64,000 nt of DNA from Bacillota bacterium (GCA_012518215.1 JAAYSV010000024.1:2340-66339), one strand, 5' to 3'; counted from the stretch's first letter, positions 43,869 through 54,236 are shown. The notes: a model not told the origin generated them from the letters alone. A program made the numbers and translations.

Positions 43869-45416
43869 CAGCTTCAAGGCAATCCTTTCACATGAGAAAT
43901 TGTCAATGCCCTCAACATCGCAGAAAAATTGCAGCAGACCTTCAACCATGTTTTTGAATATTTTGTAATCCCTTTGCGTGACAAAGGAAATCCCGTGTGC
44001 CAGAATACTGTAGTTGCGATTATTCAATTGCTGGTTCAATCTGGAAAGGCTTATGGTATTATTTTTGTTTCTCCCCTCGTTGTACGCCTTCAATGAAAAC
44101 CGATCATTGATAGCATTGAGGAGAATATAACCATTAAAAAGGCTGATCGGCGTAGGCAATTCAGATGTGGGGAAAAAATCAAGAGTCTTTCTTTCACGAT
44201 TTACTGCCTCGATCAGACGCTTCTGGAAATCATCCAGTCCGGGGCCATTCAAGGGCAAACCATTGAAGTTCTGCTTTCCGAGGCTGGAATATAATTCATC
44301 GTAATCCGGTTTGGCTGTATCCACGCCATGGATTGCAAAACGTCTCTGCTCCATAACTTCCAGGATGCGGTAAAGATACAGGGAAGCCGTGTCCCACTTG
44401 CCCCATTTTTCCCGCCGGAGTGCATTGCCGTAAAGAACATTTATGAGCATGATCACGGCTTCTTTATTCTGAAGAAGTGGCAAGGTAGTGTTTCCGGGGC
44501 CCGATGGTATCAAATCCGCCAACTCACAAAGGAGCCTGCCATGCTTTTCAATGACGATCAGTTCCTCCTCGTTGAGAAAGCTGACACCCCTGTAGCGGCG
44601 AGCTTTCGCTGCTGCATCCGTAAGGTTATTCCCCGCAGTTTTGAAATCCAGAAGATCCCAGGCTTCGTAGCCGGAAGCAATATGGTACAAAATCTCATAA
44701 CGACGCGGGTCGGGTGCTTTCTCCTTGAGCTCCTCGAAGAGGAGCAACGCACCATGATAATCCTGCCGGGACATCAGTTGATTTGCTTCCATCTCCTGAA
44801 TACAACCATAAGCTTCATAGGGATTTTGCAGCAATTCAAGATATTCCGAACCGGGAATCGGCCTCCTTTTTACATTGCAGTAATTGTCATTGTTAACATA
44901 GAGTAGCTGAAAAGATAACAGGGCTCCTACCATGGCCAGCCCGCCGGTCATGGACTTCGTGCCACCAGTAATGTCAACTGCCACATTTTGTGGATTTCCC
45001 CAGCGTTTCCAGGCATCCACCACTTCATCATATATGGCCAGGGCATAAGGTTTCCCAATCAGGCGTTTCTCTACCCCTGAAAATGGCACTATATCGCCCG
45101 TATATTTATAAATGACATCGAGCTGTTTTTTTGTTTCCTTCGTATACAGAAAAAGCACCCGTTCAGGTTCAATCGCATTGATGGAGAATATGAGTGGTTC
45201 AGGAGATTGTCCCACGGTTAGTATCATTCCGCGGTATCTTCCTGCAAGCTTTTGTTTTTCTTTCCCCACAAAGACGCGGATAGAACAAGGCAGTATTTTT
45301 TTCCAATAAAACTCGTCAGCAGCCTTTTGCTCCTCCTCACTCTCGGATGGCATGGCATCCCATTCGTCAACCAGTTCCTTTAAAATAGTAGATTCATCGC
45401 GGTTCCCCTCGTTCAT
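43800..45416 (-). CDS. CARF-HEPN protein, TIGR02710 (Cas02710)-like
   Basis: ILTVGQSPEPL and VDITGGTKSM CARF motifs; C-terminal RNYSILAHG (R-X6-H HEPN); GGGAGG RBS before 45416. Confidence 0.85.
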   Translation of the reverse strand: MNEGNRDESTILKELVDEWDAMPSESEEEQKAADEFYWKKILPCSIRVFVGKEKQKLAGRYRGMILTVGQSPEPLIFSINAIEPERVLFLYTKETKKQLDVIYKYTGDIVPFSGVEKRLIGKPYALAIYDEVVDAWKRWGNPQNVAVDITGGTKSMTGGLAMVGALLSFQLLYVNNDNYCNVKRRPIPGSEYLELLQNPYEAYGCIQEMEANQLMSRQDYHGALLLFEELKEKAPDPRRYEILYHIASGYEAWDLLDFKTAGNNLTDAAAKARRYRGVSFLNEEELIVIEKHGRLLCELADLIPSGPGNTTLPLLQNKEAVIMLINVLYGNALRREKWGKWDTASLYLYRILEVMEQRRFAIHGVDTAKPDYDELYSSLGKQNFNGLPLNGPGLDDFQKRLIEAVNRERKTLDFFPTSELPTPISLFNGYILLNAINDRFSLKAYNEGRNKNNTISLSRLNQQLNNRNYSILAHGISFVTQRDYKIFKNMVEGLLQFFCDVEGIDNFSCERIALKLGNSHPEGVNNGRSVSETAIPEE

Positions 45417-45539
45417 CACAGTTCCTCCCTGTTCAAAATCGGGCACATCCAGGAGATTGTGAAATCAAGTTGTGATTCATGGCCCACCATTTATTATTCT
45501 TTACATCACATGCCATTTCCTTTTGCTGGCAAACATTTT

Positions 45540-45817
45540 ACTGCCGATTCAAACATATTCTTCCTTCTTTTATGTATCCCCGAACCATACGGTTGACGGT
45601 GCGTCGAGTACATCCCAGCTTAAGCGCAGCACTAATTTGTTGCCCTTGGTCTCGACAAGTTTCTTGATCACGACATACCTGAATTCTTCCGTCATATTTA
45701 GCTAAACCTTCCTCATCAGATTCACCTCGTTTTAATAAAATCAATACGAGGTAACTTTAAAAAACCGGGACATTTTCCCTTGTCTTCTGATGAGACATTA
45801 TCGCATGTGAATCACTG
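45540..45817 (-). mobile_element. Pseudogenised 5' fragment of an ISNCY-like transposase with its left end
   Basis: From ATG 45716 reads MRKV*LNMTEEFRYVVIKKLVETKGNK, then frameshifts into SAALKLGCTRRTVNRMVRGYIKEG; upstream repeated GACATT motifs (GGACATTTTCCCT, AGACATTATCGC). Confidence 0.7.
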
Positions 45818-45868
45818 TCAACCATCGTGACCACGGGGGAGCTGTCAACCATCGTGACCACGGGGGAG
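45815..45868. repeat. Perfect 27-bp tandem duplication
   Basis: CTGTCAACCATCGTGACCACGGGGGAG x2, followed by TTGACA-17-TACTCT (45870-45898). Confidence 0.95.
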
Positions 45869-45943
45869 CTTGACATTGTGCAATTTTAAGAGTACTCTGA
45901 TTCAGGTAAAAACATTCATTATATTGACAGAGAGTGGATTGCA

Positions 45944-46798
45944 TTGAACAAACAAATGCTTGTTTTTAATTTAATCAGATATGGTGCCGGCATGAAATTA
46001 CGTGCTTTGTTGAAAATAAAATCTTCCAAGCATATATACGAAAACTATTATGATACTATAAATCAATTTTCCAGAATTGGCTCGGATGAATTTGTCTGTA
46101 TGAATTATGGATTTGCTGCCGATAAAAACTTGGAACTCGATGTGACGGATGAAGCCGAAAGGTTCCCCCTTCAATTGTATGATCATGTGGCCACAGGAGC
46201 CGGCACCCTGATTTTAAAAGACCTTGATGTTTTGGAAGTGGGAAGCGGCAGGGGCGGTGGGGCTTCATATATTGCACGCTACTTGAAACCCAAAAAAATA
46301 AGGGGCATGGATATATCCCCCATAGCTACGCAATTTTGCACAAAACGTTACAAGGACATAGAAAATCTTTCTTTCATTTGCGGTGATGCGGAGGCAATTC
46401 CTTTTTCGGATTCAAGTCTAGACGCCGTTGTCAATATAGAAAGCTCCCATTGCTATCCCAATTTTCATAATTTCGTTGCAGAGGTCAAGAGGGTACTGAA
46501 ACCAAACGGACATTTTCTATTTGCCGATTTCAGAAAAACATCTGAAACAAATATCTTCCAGGATACTTTTGAAAAAATCGGGTTCAACCAGCTATATGAA
46601 CAGGATATTTCCAATCAGATAGTAGATTCTTTAACAGAGGACACCGAACGAAGGCAAGGCTTGATAAAAAATATCAAACTGCCATGCTTTATCAATTATC
46701 TGATAAAGGATTTTGCAGGCTGTGTGGACAGTATTACCTACAATGCCTATGCCAGCGGGAAAAGAAAATATATGTACTATATCCTGCAGAAGCCTTGA
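45944..46798 (+). CDS. Class I SAM-dependent methyltransferase (fatty-acid/lipid O-methyltransferase-like)
   Basis: MNYGF, LQLY, VLEVGSGRGGG, GDAE, NIESSHCY, VLKPNG; AT-rich; start uncertain. Confidence 0.85.
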   Translation: MNKQMLVFNLIRYGAGMKLRALLKIKSSKHIYENYYDTINQFSRIGSDEFVCMNYGFAADKNLELDVTDEAERFPLQLYDHVATGAGTLILKDLDVLEVGSGRGGGASYIARYLKPKKIRGMDISPIATQFCTKRYKDIENLSFICGDAEAIPFSDSSLDAVVNIESSHCYPNFHNFVAEVKRVLKPNGHFLFADFRKTSETNIFQDTFEKIGFNQLYEQDISNQIVDSLTEDTERRQGLIKNIKLPCFINYLIKDFAGCVDSITYNAYASGKRKYMYYILQKP

Positions 46799-47165
46799 AT
46801 AAAGACATTCACGCCATTGGTGGAACAAAATATTTCAAGGTAGAAGCCCTCTTTTTTGTATGGCAAATCAATAAATGTTTTCCGGTTATTCCGGAAACCG
46901 TTTCATAATCCGGCGATCCCAATTCTGTTTTGCCTGGCTTGGGTTCTTCCCGAAAACAAATTTATTATCAAACAGGGCCATTTTACAATTGCTATACATA
47001 ATAAAACAGGCGGGAGAAGGGATTGGGATAGCGGAACAGCATTTCCATGTAGTTTAATTTTTAATGCCTTTATATTGTTACACACCGTTCGGGAAATTTT
47101 TCTTTTCTAGCAACTATTATGGAAGAAGTCCGCCCACTGCCCATTACCGGGGATAGCCGGAAATC

Positions 47166-48032
47166 TTAATAGTAATCTTTGTACTCGTCGGCCGGGTATT
47201 TTGTGCGCACGTGCACTTCATCTATCAGGTCCGAGCCTACAGTGTAACAGAATATATTGATCACCATGTCGTTTTTTTCGATGCTGTATAGCAGCAGCGG
47301 CTCCCCGTACTTGTCACAGACCCCTTCGTACTCCGGCGGGCCAAATTCTTCTTTCGCCTCGCTCATCGTTTTTCCTAGAAAATCCTGTTCAGCGAACAGT
47401 ATCAACTTGCAGCCGCTGAACATATCAAAAGCAACCACTTCCTTGCGCTGGCTGTACAGGTTGCAGTAAAAAGTGATAAGGTGATCCGGATAATGCATGG
47501 CCACGGAACCCTCGAAAAGCTCCTCCAGATCGGGTTCCCCCAGCGCCTGGACGACTTTGTGCCTGGAAGAACCGATAAAATCCGCCGCTATCAGTCGGTC
47601 GTCCCGATGGGGAACGATAGCGGAGGGGGCACCATCTTCTTCTGCAAGAAAGGCATCTGCCGCATCGATATCCCCTTGATCAACTTCGGTAACTCTTTCC
47701 GCCGCTTTCGGTTCCGGGGAAGACGCCCTCTCTTTTGTTTTCAAATAATCGGTGTAAACCATATAGCTGCCGACCGAAAGAAAGATCACGGCAAGGGCTA
47801 TCCCGACAAACCATTTCTTGATTTTCTCCCCGGAATCAGTTTGCATCACCGGGCTTTTTATTTCCTCGAAGCGCCCATCATGGCTGTATCCCTGTACCAT
47901 TTCATTTTTGCAGATTTCCAGTTCCGGCAACGGCGAACGGCAGTATGTGCATTCGGTTGCATCAAGCGGTACCGTTGCCGTACAGTACGGACAAACCCTT
48001 TCTTTTCTTATACCGTGATCATCATGCTGCAT
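47166..48032 (-). CDS. Zinc-ribbon single-pass membrane protein
   Basis: CPYC...CTYC, one TM helix, two similar LG.P/FG.P extracellular repeats; GAGGAG RBS before ATG 48032. Confidence 0.7.
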   Translation of the reverse strand: MQHDDHGIRKERVCPYCTATVPLDATECTYCRSPLPELEICKNEMVQGYSHDGRFEEIKSPVMQTDSGEKIKKWFVGIALAVIFLSVGSYMVYTDYLKTKERASSPEPKAAERVTEVDQGDIDAADAFLAEEDGAPSAIVPHRDDRLIAADFIGSSRHKVVQALGEPDLEELFEGSVAMHYPDHLITFYCNLYSQRKEVVAFDMFSGCKLILFAEQDFLGKTMSEAKEEFGPPEYEGVCDKYGEPLLLYSIEKNDMVINIFCYTVGSDLIDEVHVRTKYPADEYKDYY

Positions 48033-48513
48033 GGCAGTTACTCCTCTCAACATAATTTTGTCCTTTCCGTCTGCCCCACCCAGCAAAACCTGGCCATACT
48101 CATGTTCGATTGAAAGTCAAATCCCGGCCCCAGCCGGATCCAGTCCTTCATAATCATGCAGGCAGTCCGCTTCAACATCGATCAAATCACCCGCCCCTCG
48201 GGTCAGTAACAAAATATTCTATTAAAGGTCAATAATTTCCTTCCATTGAACTATTTTGCATAACGGAGCAGGATTCATGATTGATTGTGCAAAGAACAGA
48301 CAGTATAATTTTGCAGGTCTATATCCACGGAATCCTTTTCCCCGAACTCCATCGAGCCCACCTCATCTGCCCCTTTCCCCAACCAGCCCATTCCCGGTGG
48401 CCGGATCATACCGTTTGGCAAATAATCAAGCCGCCACCCCGGGCAGTTGCATCCTTTTCCAATCCTCCCGCCCATCCATCAACGCCCCTTTCCCGCCCCG
48501 GGCAGGCCCAATC

Positions 48514-48543
48514 AAAAAAGCACCCAAAAAAACGGGTGCTTTT
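48514..48543. terminator. Rho-independent terminator (bidirectional type) of the transketolase operon
   Basis: AAAAAAGCACCC-loop-GGGTGCTTTT. Confidence 0.75.
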
Positions 48544-48624
48544 ATATTTTGTTATCTGTCCAATCCGTCATCTACCTTGCTCGATCAATTATTTCTCTTT
48601 GCTGCAATAACCCGCCGCCCGGAA

Positions 48625-49524
48625 TCAGTGTTTTACAAATTTGGACGGAATCAGCATATCCTGAATATCCATCATCCTGTCGTTGAAGGTGATCGCATAG
48701 CTATCGCCGGCACCGATTATTTCCACGTTGCCATCGACGACGGCCTGGACAAAGGGCTTGCCACCCAGAACAGCAATGCATCCGTTCGGATCAGGAAAGC
48801 TCAGCAATACGAAAGGACTCTTCCTTTCGTAAATCCCCCTCCCCGCCTTGGTCTTGCCAAATTTCACCCTCAGATATGCGCCCATTTCCGGATATATTTC
48901 TTTCCCGTTGGCAATGGTGGGGCCGACCTTGAACTGGTAGATCCTGTCCGTCTGCTTCTCGGTCCATTTGACCATGGGTGCATAGCCGGATTTCGTGGCA
49001 ACGGACATCGCCGTGGTTATCATGTACAGAGACATCTTCACCTTCAGGTACTGTTCAAATGGTTCATCGGCACCCGGAACAAAATCGGGCATCATTTTCA
49101 TCAACGACAGCATCAGGAAGAGAAAACTGAAGAAACCTCTCTTGAACATGTTCTTCAATACGGAAGGTACAATACCCATCATATCCAGCGGTGTGTTGCC
49201 CTTGAACACGCCGAGCATACTCTTGATGCTCTTGAAATGCATTTTGATCACTTTCAGGTTGCCGAAAGCGCCGGTGTAGACCCCTTCGTATACCTTGAAA
49301 CGTCTGCCCTCAGCTATCTTGTTCGCCTTTTCTTCGGTTAAAAAAACCATATGTGCAGCGAGAGGATTCTCATCGTCCTCGGCCTTGAACTCCACAACGA
49401 CATTCAGATTTTTGAATTTTTTTACGAAATTGGGGTCCTCTGTCAGAGGGATATTCATCGCCGGGAAAGCTGCACGAAGAAACAAACGCGCCGCCAATAT
49501 GTCCTGCGCAGTAGCTTTGTTCAT
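48625..49524 (-). CDS. Hypothetical protein, possibly tandem SCP2 (sterol carrier)-like domains
   Basis: AAGGAGG RBS; C-terminal pattern LSFPD...LGG..FVQAVVDGNVEIIG resembles SCP2 fold. Confidence 0.6.
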   Translation of the reverse strand: MNKATAQDILAARLFLRAAFPAMNIPLTEDPNFVKKFKNLNVVVEFKAEDDENPLAAHMVFLTEEKANKIAEGRRFKVYEGVYTGAFGNLKVIKMHFKSIKSMLGVFKGNTPLDMMGIVPSVLKNMFKRGFFSFLFLMLSLMKMMPDFVPGADEPFEQYLKVKMSLYMITTAMSVATKSGYAPMVKWTEKQTDRIYQFKVGPTIANGKEIYPEMGAYLRVKFGKTKAGRGIYERKSPFVLLSFPDPNGCIAVLGGKPFVQAVVDGNVEIIGAGDSYAITFNDRMMDIQDMLIPSKFVKH

Positions 49525-49576
49525 CTTCTGCCTCCTTTATCGATCTTCGTCTGTCCTGATCGGCCAGCCTTCAAGG

Positions 49577-50590
49577 TCAGTCCTCATCAGTCCAGTCTTC
49601 GTCAGCTTCGATTTCTTTTCCTAGCAGTTCCCTGATGGTTTCTGCAATTCCTGTCGCGTCCAGCTTGTATCTCGCGTACAGGTCCTCCGGATATCCGATA
49701 ACGCTGTACTCATCCGGAATCCCCACCTTGGTGAAAGCGCAGGCTTTTCCACTCTCTGCAATCACTGAAGCAACTGCATCCCCCAAACCGCCGATAACAT
49801 TGTGCTCTTCCACAGTCAATATCCTTCTGGTTTCCATCAATGCTTTTACAATCGCATCCTTGTCGATCGGTTTGATGGTGTGCATGTTTATCACTCTTAC
49901 GGAAATTCCGTCGTGTTCCAGTTCTTTCGAGGCTTCCTTGGCCTGAAGAACGGGAGTGCCGCAGGCGATGACCGTAATATCGGATCCATCCCTCACCGTC
50001 ATTGCTTTTCCGATTTCAAAATCGAAGTCCTCGTTTTCATGCAAGGGGGGCTCGAACCCCCTGCCGACCCTCATGTAGAACGGCCCTGGTATATCGATAC
50101 AGGCACGGACCGCTTTCGCAGTCTCCCATCCGTCGGCAGGCACGACGACGGTCATGTTTGCAAATGAACGAAGGACCGCCAGGTCCTCGGTGGCATGGTG
50201 TGTGGTTCCGGCAGTTCCGAAACTGACCCCGCTATGAGTGGCAATGATTTTCACGGGTAGATTCTGATAGGCAATATCGGTTCTTACCTGCTCGGCAGCA
50301 CGCAGCGAAGCAAAAGTGGCAAAAGTTGATGCAAATGGTATCAACCCGGTCTTGGCCAACCCCGCAGCGATCCCGAACATATTCTGTTCGGCGACCCCCA
50401 CGTTGAACATCCTGTCCGGATATTTCTCTCCGAATATTCCGATATTTGTTGATTTCGCCAGATCGGCGGTCAGCCCCACTATTTTCTCGTTTCTTTCGCC
50501 CAGGTCTGCAAGCACACGCCCGTAGATCTCTCTCGAAGTCATCTTGTTTGCATCATGGACGGTCCATACGGTTCCAACGTCTTTACCCAT
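49577..50590 (-). CDS. Transketolase, C-terminal (pyrimidine-binding) subunit
   Basis: NVGVAEQNM, GTTHHATED, TIKPID, VEEH..IGGLG. Confidence 0.92.
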   Translation of the reverse strand: MGKDVGTVWTVHDANKMTSREIYGRVLADLGERNEKIVGLTADLAKSTNIGIFGEKYPDRMFNVGVAEQNMFGIAAGLAKTGLIPFASTFATFASLRAAEQVRTDIAYQNLPVKIIATHSGVSFGTAGTTHHATEDLAVLRSFANMTVVVPADGWETAKAVRACIDIPGPFYMRVGRGFEPPLHENEDFDFEIGKAMTVRDGSDITVIACGTPVLQAKEASKELEHDGISVRVINMHTIKPIDKDAIVKALMETRRILTVEEHNVIGGLGDAVASVIAESGKACAFTKVGIPDEYSVIGYPEDLYARYKLDATGIAETIRELLGKEIEADEDWTDED

Positions 50591-50619
50591 CGATCATATC
50601 CTCCTTGTCCTGAAAGATC

Positions 50620-51447
50620 TTATAAAGATTCAACATCGGCCAGAGCTTCATTGAACATTTCGATATCCATGGCACCGTAATGCCATTCCACCGTTCCCTG
50701 GAATCTCTTCACGCCGAATCCTTTTTGTGTATTGGCCACTATGCACACGGGCTTCTCCGTTTCCGCCCACGCTTCCTCAAGAGCCCTGTCTACCTCGGCC
50801 ATGTCGTTGCCGTTGCATTCGATAACTTTGAAGCCGAAAGCTTCGTATTTCTTGCCCAACGGCTCGATCGACATGATATCATCGGTGCAGCCGTCGATAC
50901 AAAATCTATTCTTGTCAACGATGGCTATCAGGTTGTTCAACTTGAAATGGCTTGCAGCCATGGCAGCTTCCCAGATGCTTCCCTCGTTCTGCTCGCCATC
51001 GCCCATGAGGACAACCACCTTGGTGTCCAGATTCTGATATCTGTCACCGAGCGCCATGCCCACTCCCAATGATAGCCCGTGGCCCAGGGACCCCGTGGAG
51101 GCATCGCAACCCTCGATTTTATTGGCATCGGGGTGCATCCCGTAGGCCGACTCGTAATGATTGAATGATTCAAGAGATTCCATGGGCACAAATCCTTTCA
51201 TGGCCAAACAGGGAACATAGGCAAGCGCCGCATGCCCTTTGCTGAGAATGAATTTATCCCGTTCAGGCATGGACGGCTTTCCCGGATCGACATTCAAAAA
51301 CTTGTAATACAAAGCCGTCAGAATATCTGCACTACTCAACGAACCACCAAAATGCCCACTTCCGGCAAATTTAGCTGTTTTAAGGATATTGATTCTTAGC
51401 TCTTTTGCCTTTGCTTTTAGCTCTTCCACTGATACATTTTTTGGCAT
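50620..51447 (-). CDS. Transketolase, N-terminal (ThDP-binding) subunit
   Basis: GHFGGSLS, RDKFILSKGH, STGSLGHG, GDGEQNEG..WEA. Confidence 0.92.
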   Translation of the reverse strand: MPKNVSVEELKAKAKELRINILKTAKFAGSGHFGGSLSSADILTALYYKFLNVDPGKPSMPERDKFILSKGHAALAYVPCLAMKGFVPMESLESFNHYESAYGMHPDANKIEGCDASTGSLGHGLSLGVGMALGDRYQNLDTKVVVLMGDGEQNEGSIWEAAMAASHFKLNNLIAIVDKNRFCIDGCTDDIMSIEPLGKKYEAFGFKVIECNGNDMAEVDRALEEAWAETEKPVCIVANTQKGFGVKRFQGTVEWHYGAMDIEMFNEALADVESL

Positions 51448-51889
51448 TTACGACTCGTCCTCCTTTGGGGATACAACTAGCATTTGATGTTAAAATTTTA
51501 TCATACAGCCCAATAATATGTCAATCACACCCCGATCATTCGTATGCCCCCCTCCCGGGCCATGCCATTTTGCAGATTTTGCAAGGTAAATTTTGTGAAC
51601 TGCAGAAGTTGGTTTGTAAAACAGGGGCCGTAACTGCAAGATTGTGCGCCGTTAATCATGTTTGAATTGCATGAAGGATGCAATATCAGATTATGGAACT
51701 GGAGTAAAAAAGACTGGCGATGCAGTCCATTTTTCCGGAACTTCCTTCCTTCCCCTTTCATGATTCACCACATAGCAAAAGGGATAACAGGCAGACCGGA
51801 TTCTGATCATTTATTGACACCCGGATATTTACAGGTTAAATTATGATCAGGTGACAGATGCTGGAATATTTTATGAAAGGTGGATAAAA

Positions 51890-54130
51890 ATGGCCACTTG
51901 CCCCGAATGCAACAAACAACTTGCTGAAGATGCCAGATTCTGTGGCAGTTGCGGAGCTGAAATTAAAAAAACAATCGTCTGCCGCAGTTGCGGTGCGAAA
52001 GTTGAGGCGGAGTTCTTTTTCTGCCAGAATTGCGGAGCCTCGACACAGGCGGAAAGCAAACCCGCAAAACCTGAAAAAGCTGAACAACCTGAAATTCCCG
52101 GACAATCTGAAATTCCCGGACAACCTGAAATATCCGAAAGCCAAGCCAGGCCCGAAAGTCCCGCCAGATCTGAAAGTCCTGCCGGATCCGAAAGTCCCGC
52201 CAGATCCGAAAGCCAAGCTATACCTGGCAGCCCCGCCGGGTCTGGAAAAAAGACCCTTTCCAGGTGGCTCCTCTGGGGAGGAATTGCCCTCGTTGCCCTG
52301 TCTGCAGTCGCCTATATCCTGATCTCGATCATGGGCGATGGTCTTATCACTTCCGTATCATCAGGGAAAAAAGAAAAGATTACTTCCAATTACGCCCTCT
52401 ATATCAAGGACGATGAAATCTACTATACAGAAGTGCCCGGAATCGAGCCACGGCAAATTACCACCAATTTTTTTCCTGACAATTTATCTGAATATCTTGG
52501 TAACGATTACATTCTTGGCAACTACTGTACCGTCAGCAGGGATGGCAAAAAACTGTTTTTCCCCGATAAAAATGATGGCCTTCCCGATTACGGCCTTCCT
52601 CTCTACTACTGCTACCTTGACAAGCCGGATCAGGATACAGTGAAAATCGATTCCGAAGTTTACTTCTACACGATCAATGACGCCGGGGATATCGTTACTT
52701 ACCTGAAAAGCGAGGAGGGTGTTCTTTATCAATACCATCTGAAAGAGAATAAAAACAGGAAGATCGGTAACAACATATCCTATTTTCATGTTTCGGATGA
52801 TGGTAAAAAGATCGCATACATGAGCAATGACAGCATATACCTTGAAAGCGATGGCGAGGACAGAAAAAAAATCACGGCAGATGCAAGAGTTCAGGGCGAG
52901 GGTTCAGGCCTGGAAGCTTTCAATTTTTATGTTACAGACGATTTCGAAACCGTTTATTATATCAAGGACGATTCCCTCTACAGGGATATTGCAGGAAAAG
53001 GTCGGGAGAAAATTGCTTCCGATGTCCATTCGATAATCAGATTTTACGACACCGAGGAGATATATTATTTGAAAAATGCAGCCCCGATAGACCTGATGGA
53101 TTTTGTTCACGATGATATGAAAGCCTCCGACGACAACCTGATAGATCTTGAATCGTTCTGGTGGGACGACGATGACGATGCTTACTATCAGAAGCTTGAA
53201 CGTGATGAACTGCGGGAAGAATTGGCCACATATTCATCGGAAATATCAATCCATCCCCTTTGCTATTATGATGGTTCCGAGGAGAAAGTCATCACGGATT
53301 CCTTCTTCTTTCGCTCGTACTATAGATTGGATGCCACTTACCTTTCTACTTTTACTGTTTCCGATGATCGCCCCATAATTGCCTTCAGAACCTATGACCA
53401 ATCGACATTCACCAGGGTAAAACTATCCGAAATCGTCACCCGTTATGATGTAAATGAGCTGATCGAGGAGTCGTTCTATTCGTCATCCGACCAGTTGGTT
53501 GCCATCGGGGGAACAACAACCGTGATCGAACAGAATTCGGCGCAGGATTTCCACATCGACGGGAATGGCAAAACAATAATGTTCATAGATAATATGCCAG
53601 AACATGATTACCACGGGGATCTGTACAAAATGTCCATCTCCGGCAACACGGTGCAGGCCCCCGAATTGTATGATAGCGATGTTAGTAGCCATTGGGGATA
53701 TTTCACGGAAACAGGCAAATTCATCTACTTCAAAAACGTCAAGACCCCGTATGGTTGCGATCTTTATATTGACCAGGAAAAAATAGATCATGACGTGGAT
53801 TGCACTAATACCAGATACATCGAAGATTCCGACGAAATGATATATATCACCGATTGGGATCAGGTGTCCGAAGAAACGGGCAGGGGGACCCTGAAAATAT
53901 ACAAACAAGGCAAAACCGAAAGAATTGCCGATGATGTTTATGCCTTCGATCTGACACCGAAGAGGGAACTGTTGTATCTGAAAGATTACAGCCCCACTGG
54001 CTACAAGGGAGATCTTTATCTGTACAAAAACGGGAAAAACGAGAAAATTGATTATGACGTCGGCTCCATAATACCGATCAACCATGATAAAAGTAAAACG
54101 AGCATATGGTTATCAAACGGTTATATGTAA
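51890..54130 (+). CDS. Double zinc-ribbon membrane protein with Pro-rich hexapeptide linker and extracellular beta-propeller-like region
   Basis: Four CxxC pairs, 18-bp tandem repeats (~52085-52215), one TM helix, repeated KI..DV motifs; AAAGGTGG RBS. Confidence 0.75.
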   Translation: MATCPECNKQLAEDARFCGSCGAEIKKTIVCRSCGAKVEAEFFFCQNCGASTQAESKPAKPEKAEQPEIPGQSEIPGQPEISESQARPESPARSESPAGSESPARSESQAIPGSPAGSGKKTLSRWLLWGGIALVALSAVAYILISIMGDGLITSVSSGKKEKITSNYALYIKDDEIYYTEVPGIEPRQITTNFFPDNLSEYLGNDYILGNYCTVSRDGKKLFFPDKNDGLPDYGLPLYYCYLDKPDQDTVKIDSEVYFYTINDAGDIVTYLKSEEGVLYQYHLKENKNRKIGNNISYFHVSDDGKKIAYMSNDSIYLESDGEDRKKITADARVQGEGSGLEAFNFYVTDDFETVYYIKDDSLYRDIAGKGREKIASDVHSIIRFYDTEEIYYLKNAAPIDLMDFVHDDMKASDDNLIDLESFWWDDDDDAYYQKLERDELREELATYSSEISIHPLCYYDGSEEKVITDSFFFRSYYRLDATYLSTFTVSDDRPIIAFRTYDQSTFTRVKLSEIVTRYDVNELIEESFYSSSDQLVAIGGTTTVIEQNSAQDFHIDGNGKTIMFIDNMPEHDYHGDLYKMSISGNTVQAPELYDSDVSSHWGYFTETGKFIYFKNVKTPYGCDLYIDQEKIDHDVDCTNTRYIEDSDEMIYITDWDQVSEETGRGTLKIYKQGKTERIADDVYAFDLTPKRELLYLKDYSPTGYKGDLYLYKNGKNEKIDYDVGSIIPINHDKSKTSIWLSNGYM

Positions 54131-54236
54131 TAAACAAAGCGGCCTCTCGAACAGACCGCCGGGAGTTGCAATCCGCCTGCCCGGCCGATGGTTCTTCGTC
54201 CCCGGACACATTGAAATGAGGATGGGCATGCTCTTT

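Noticed and set aside
41300..47100. CRISPR array near the CARF gene
   Set aside because: The repeats here are two-copy tandem duplications (44-bp and 27-bp periods) without unique spacers; no repeat-spacer array was seen anywhere in the window.
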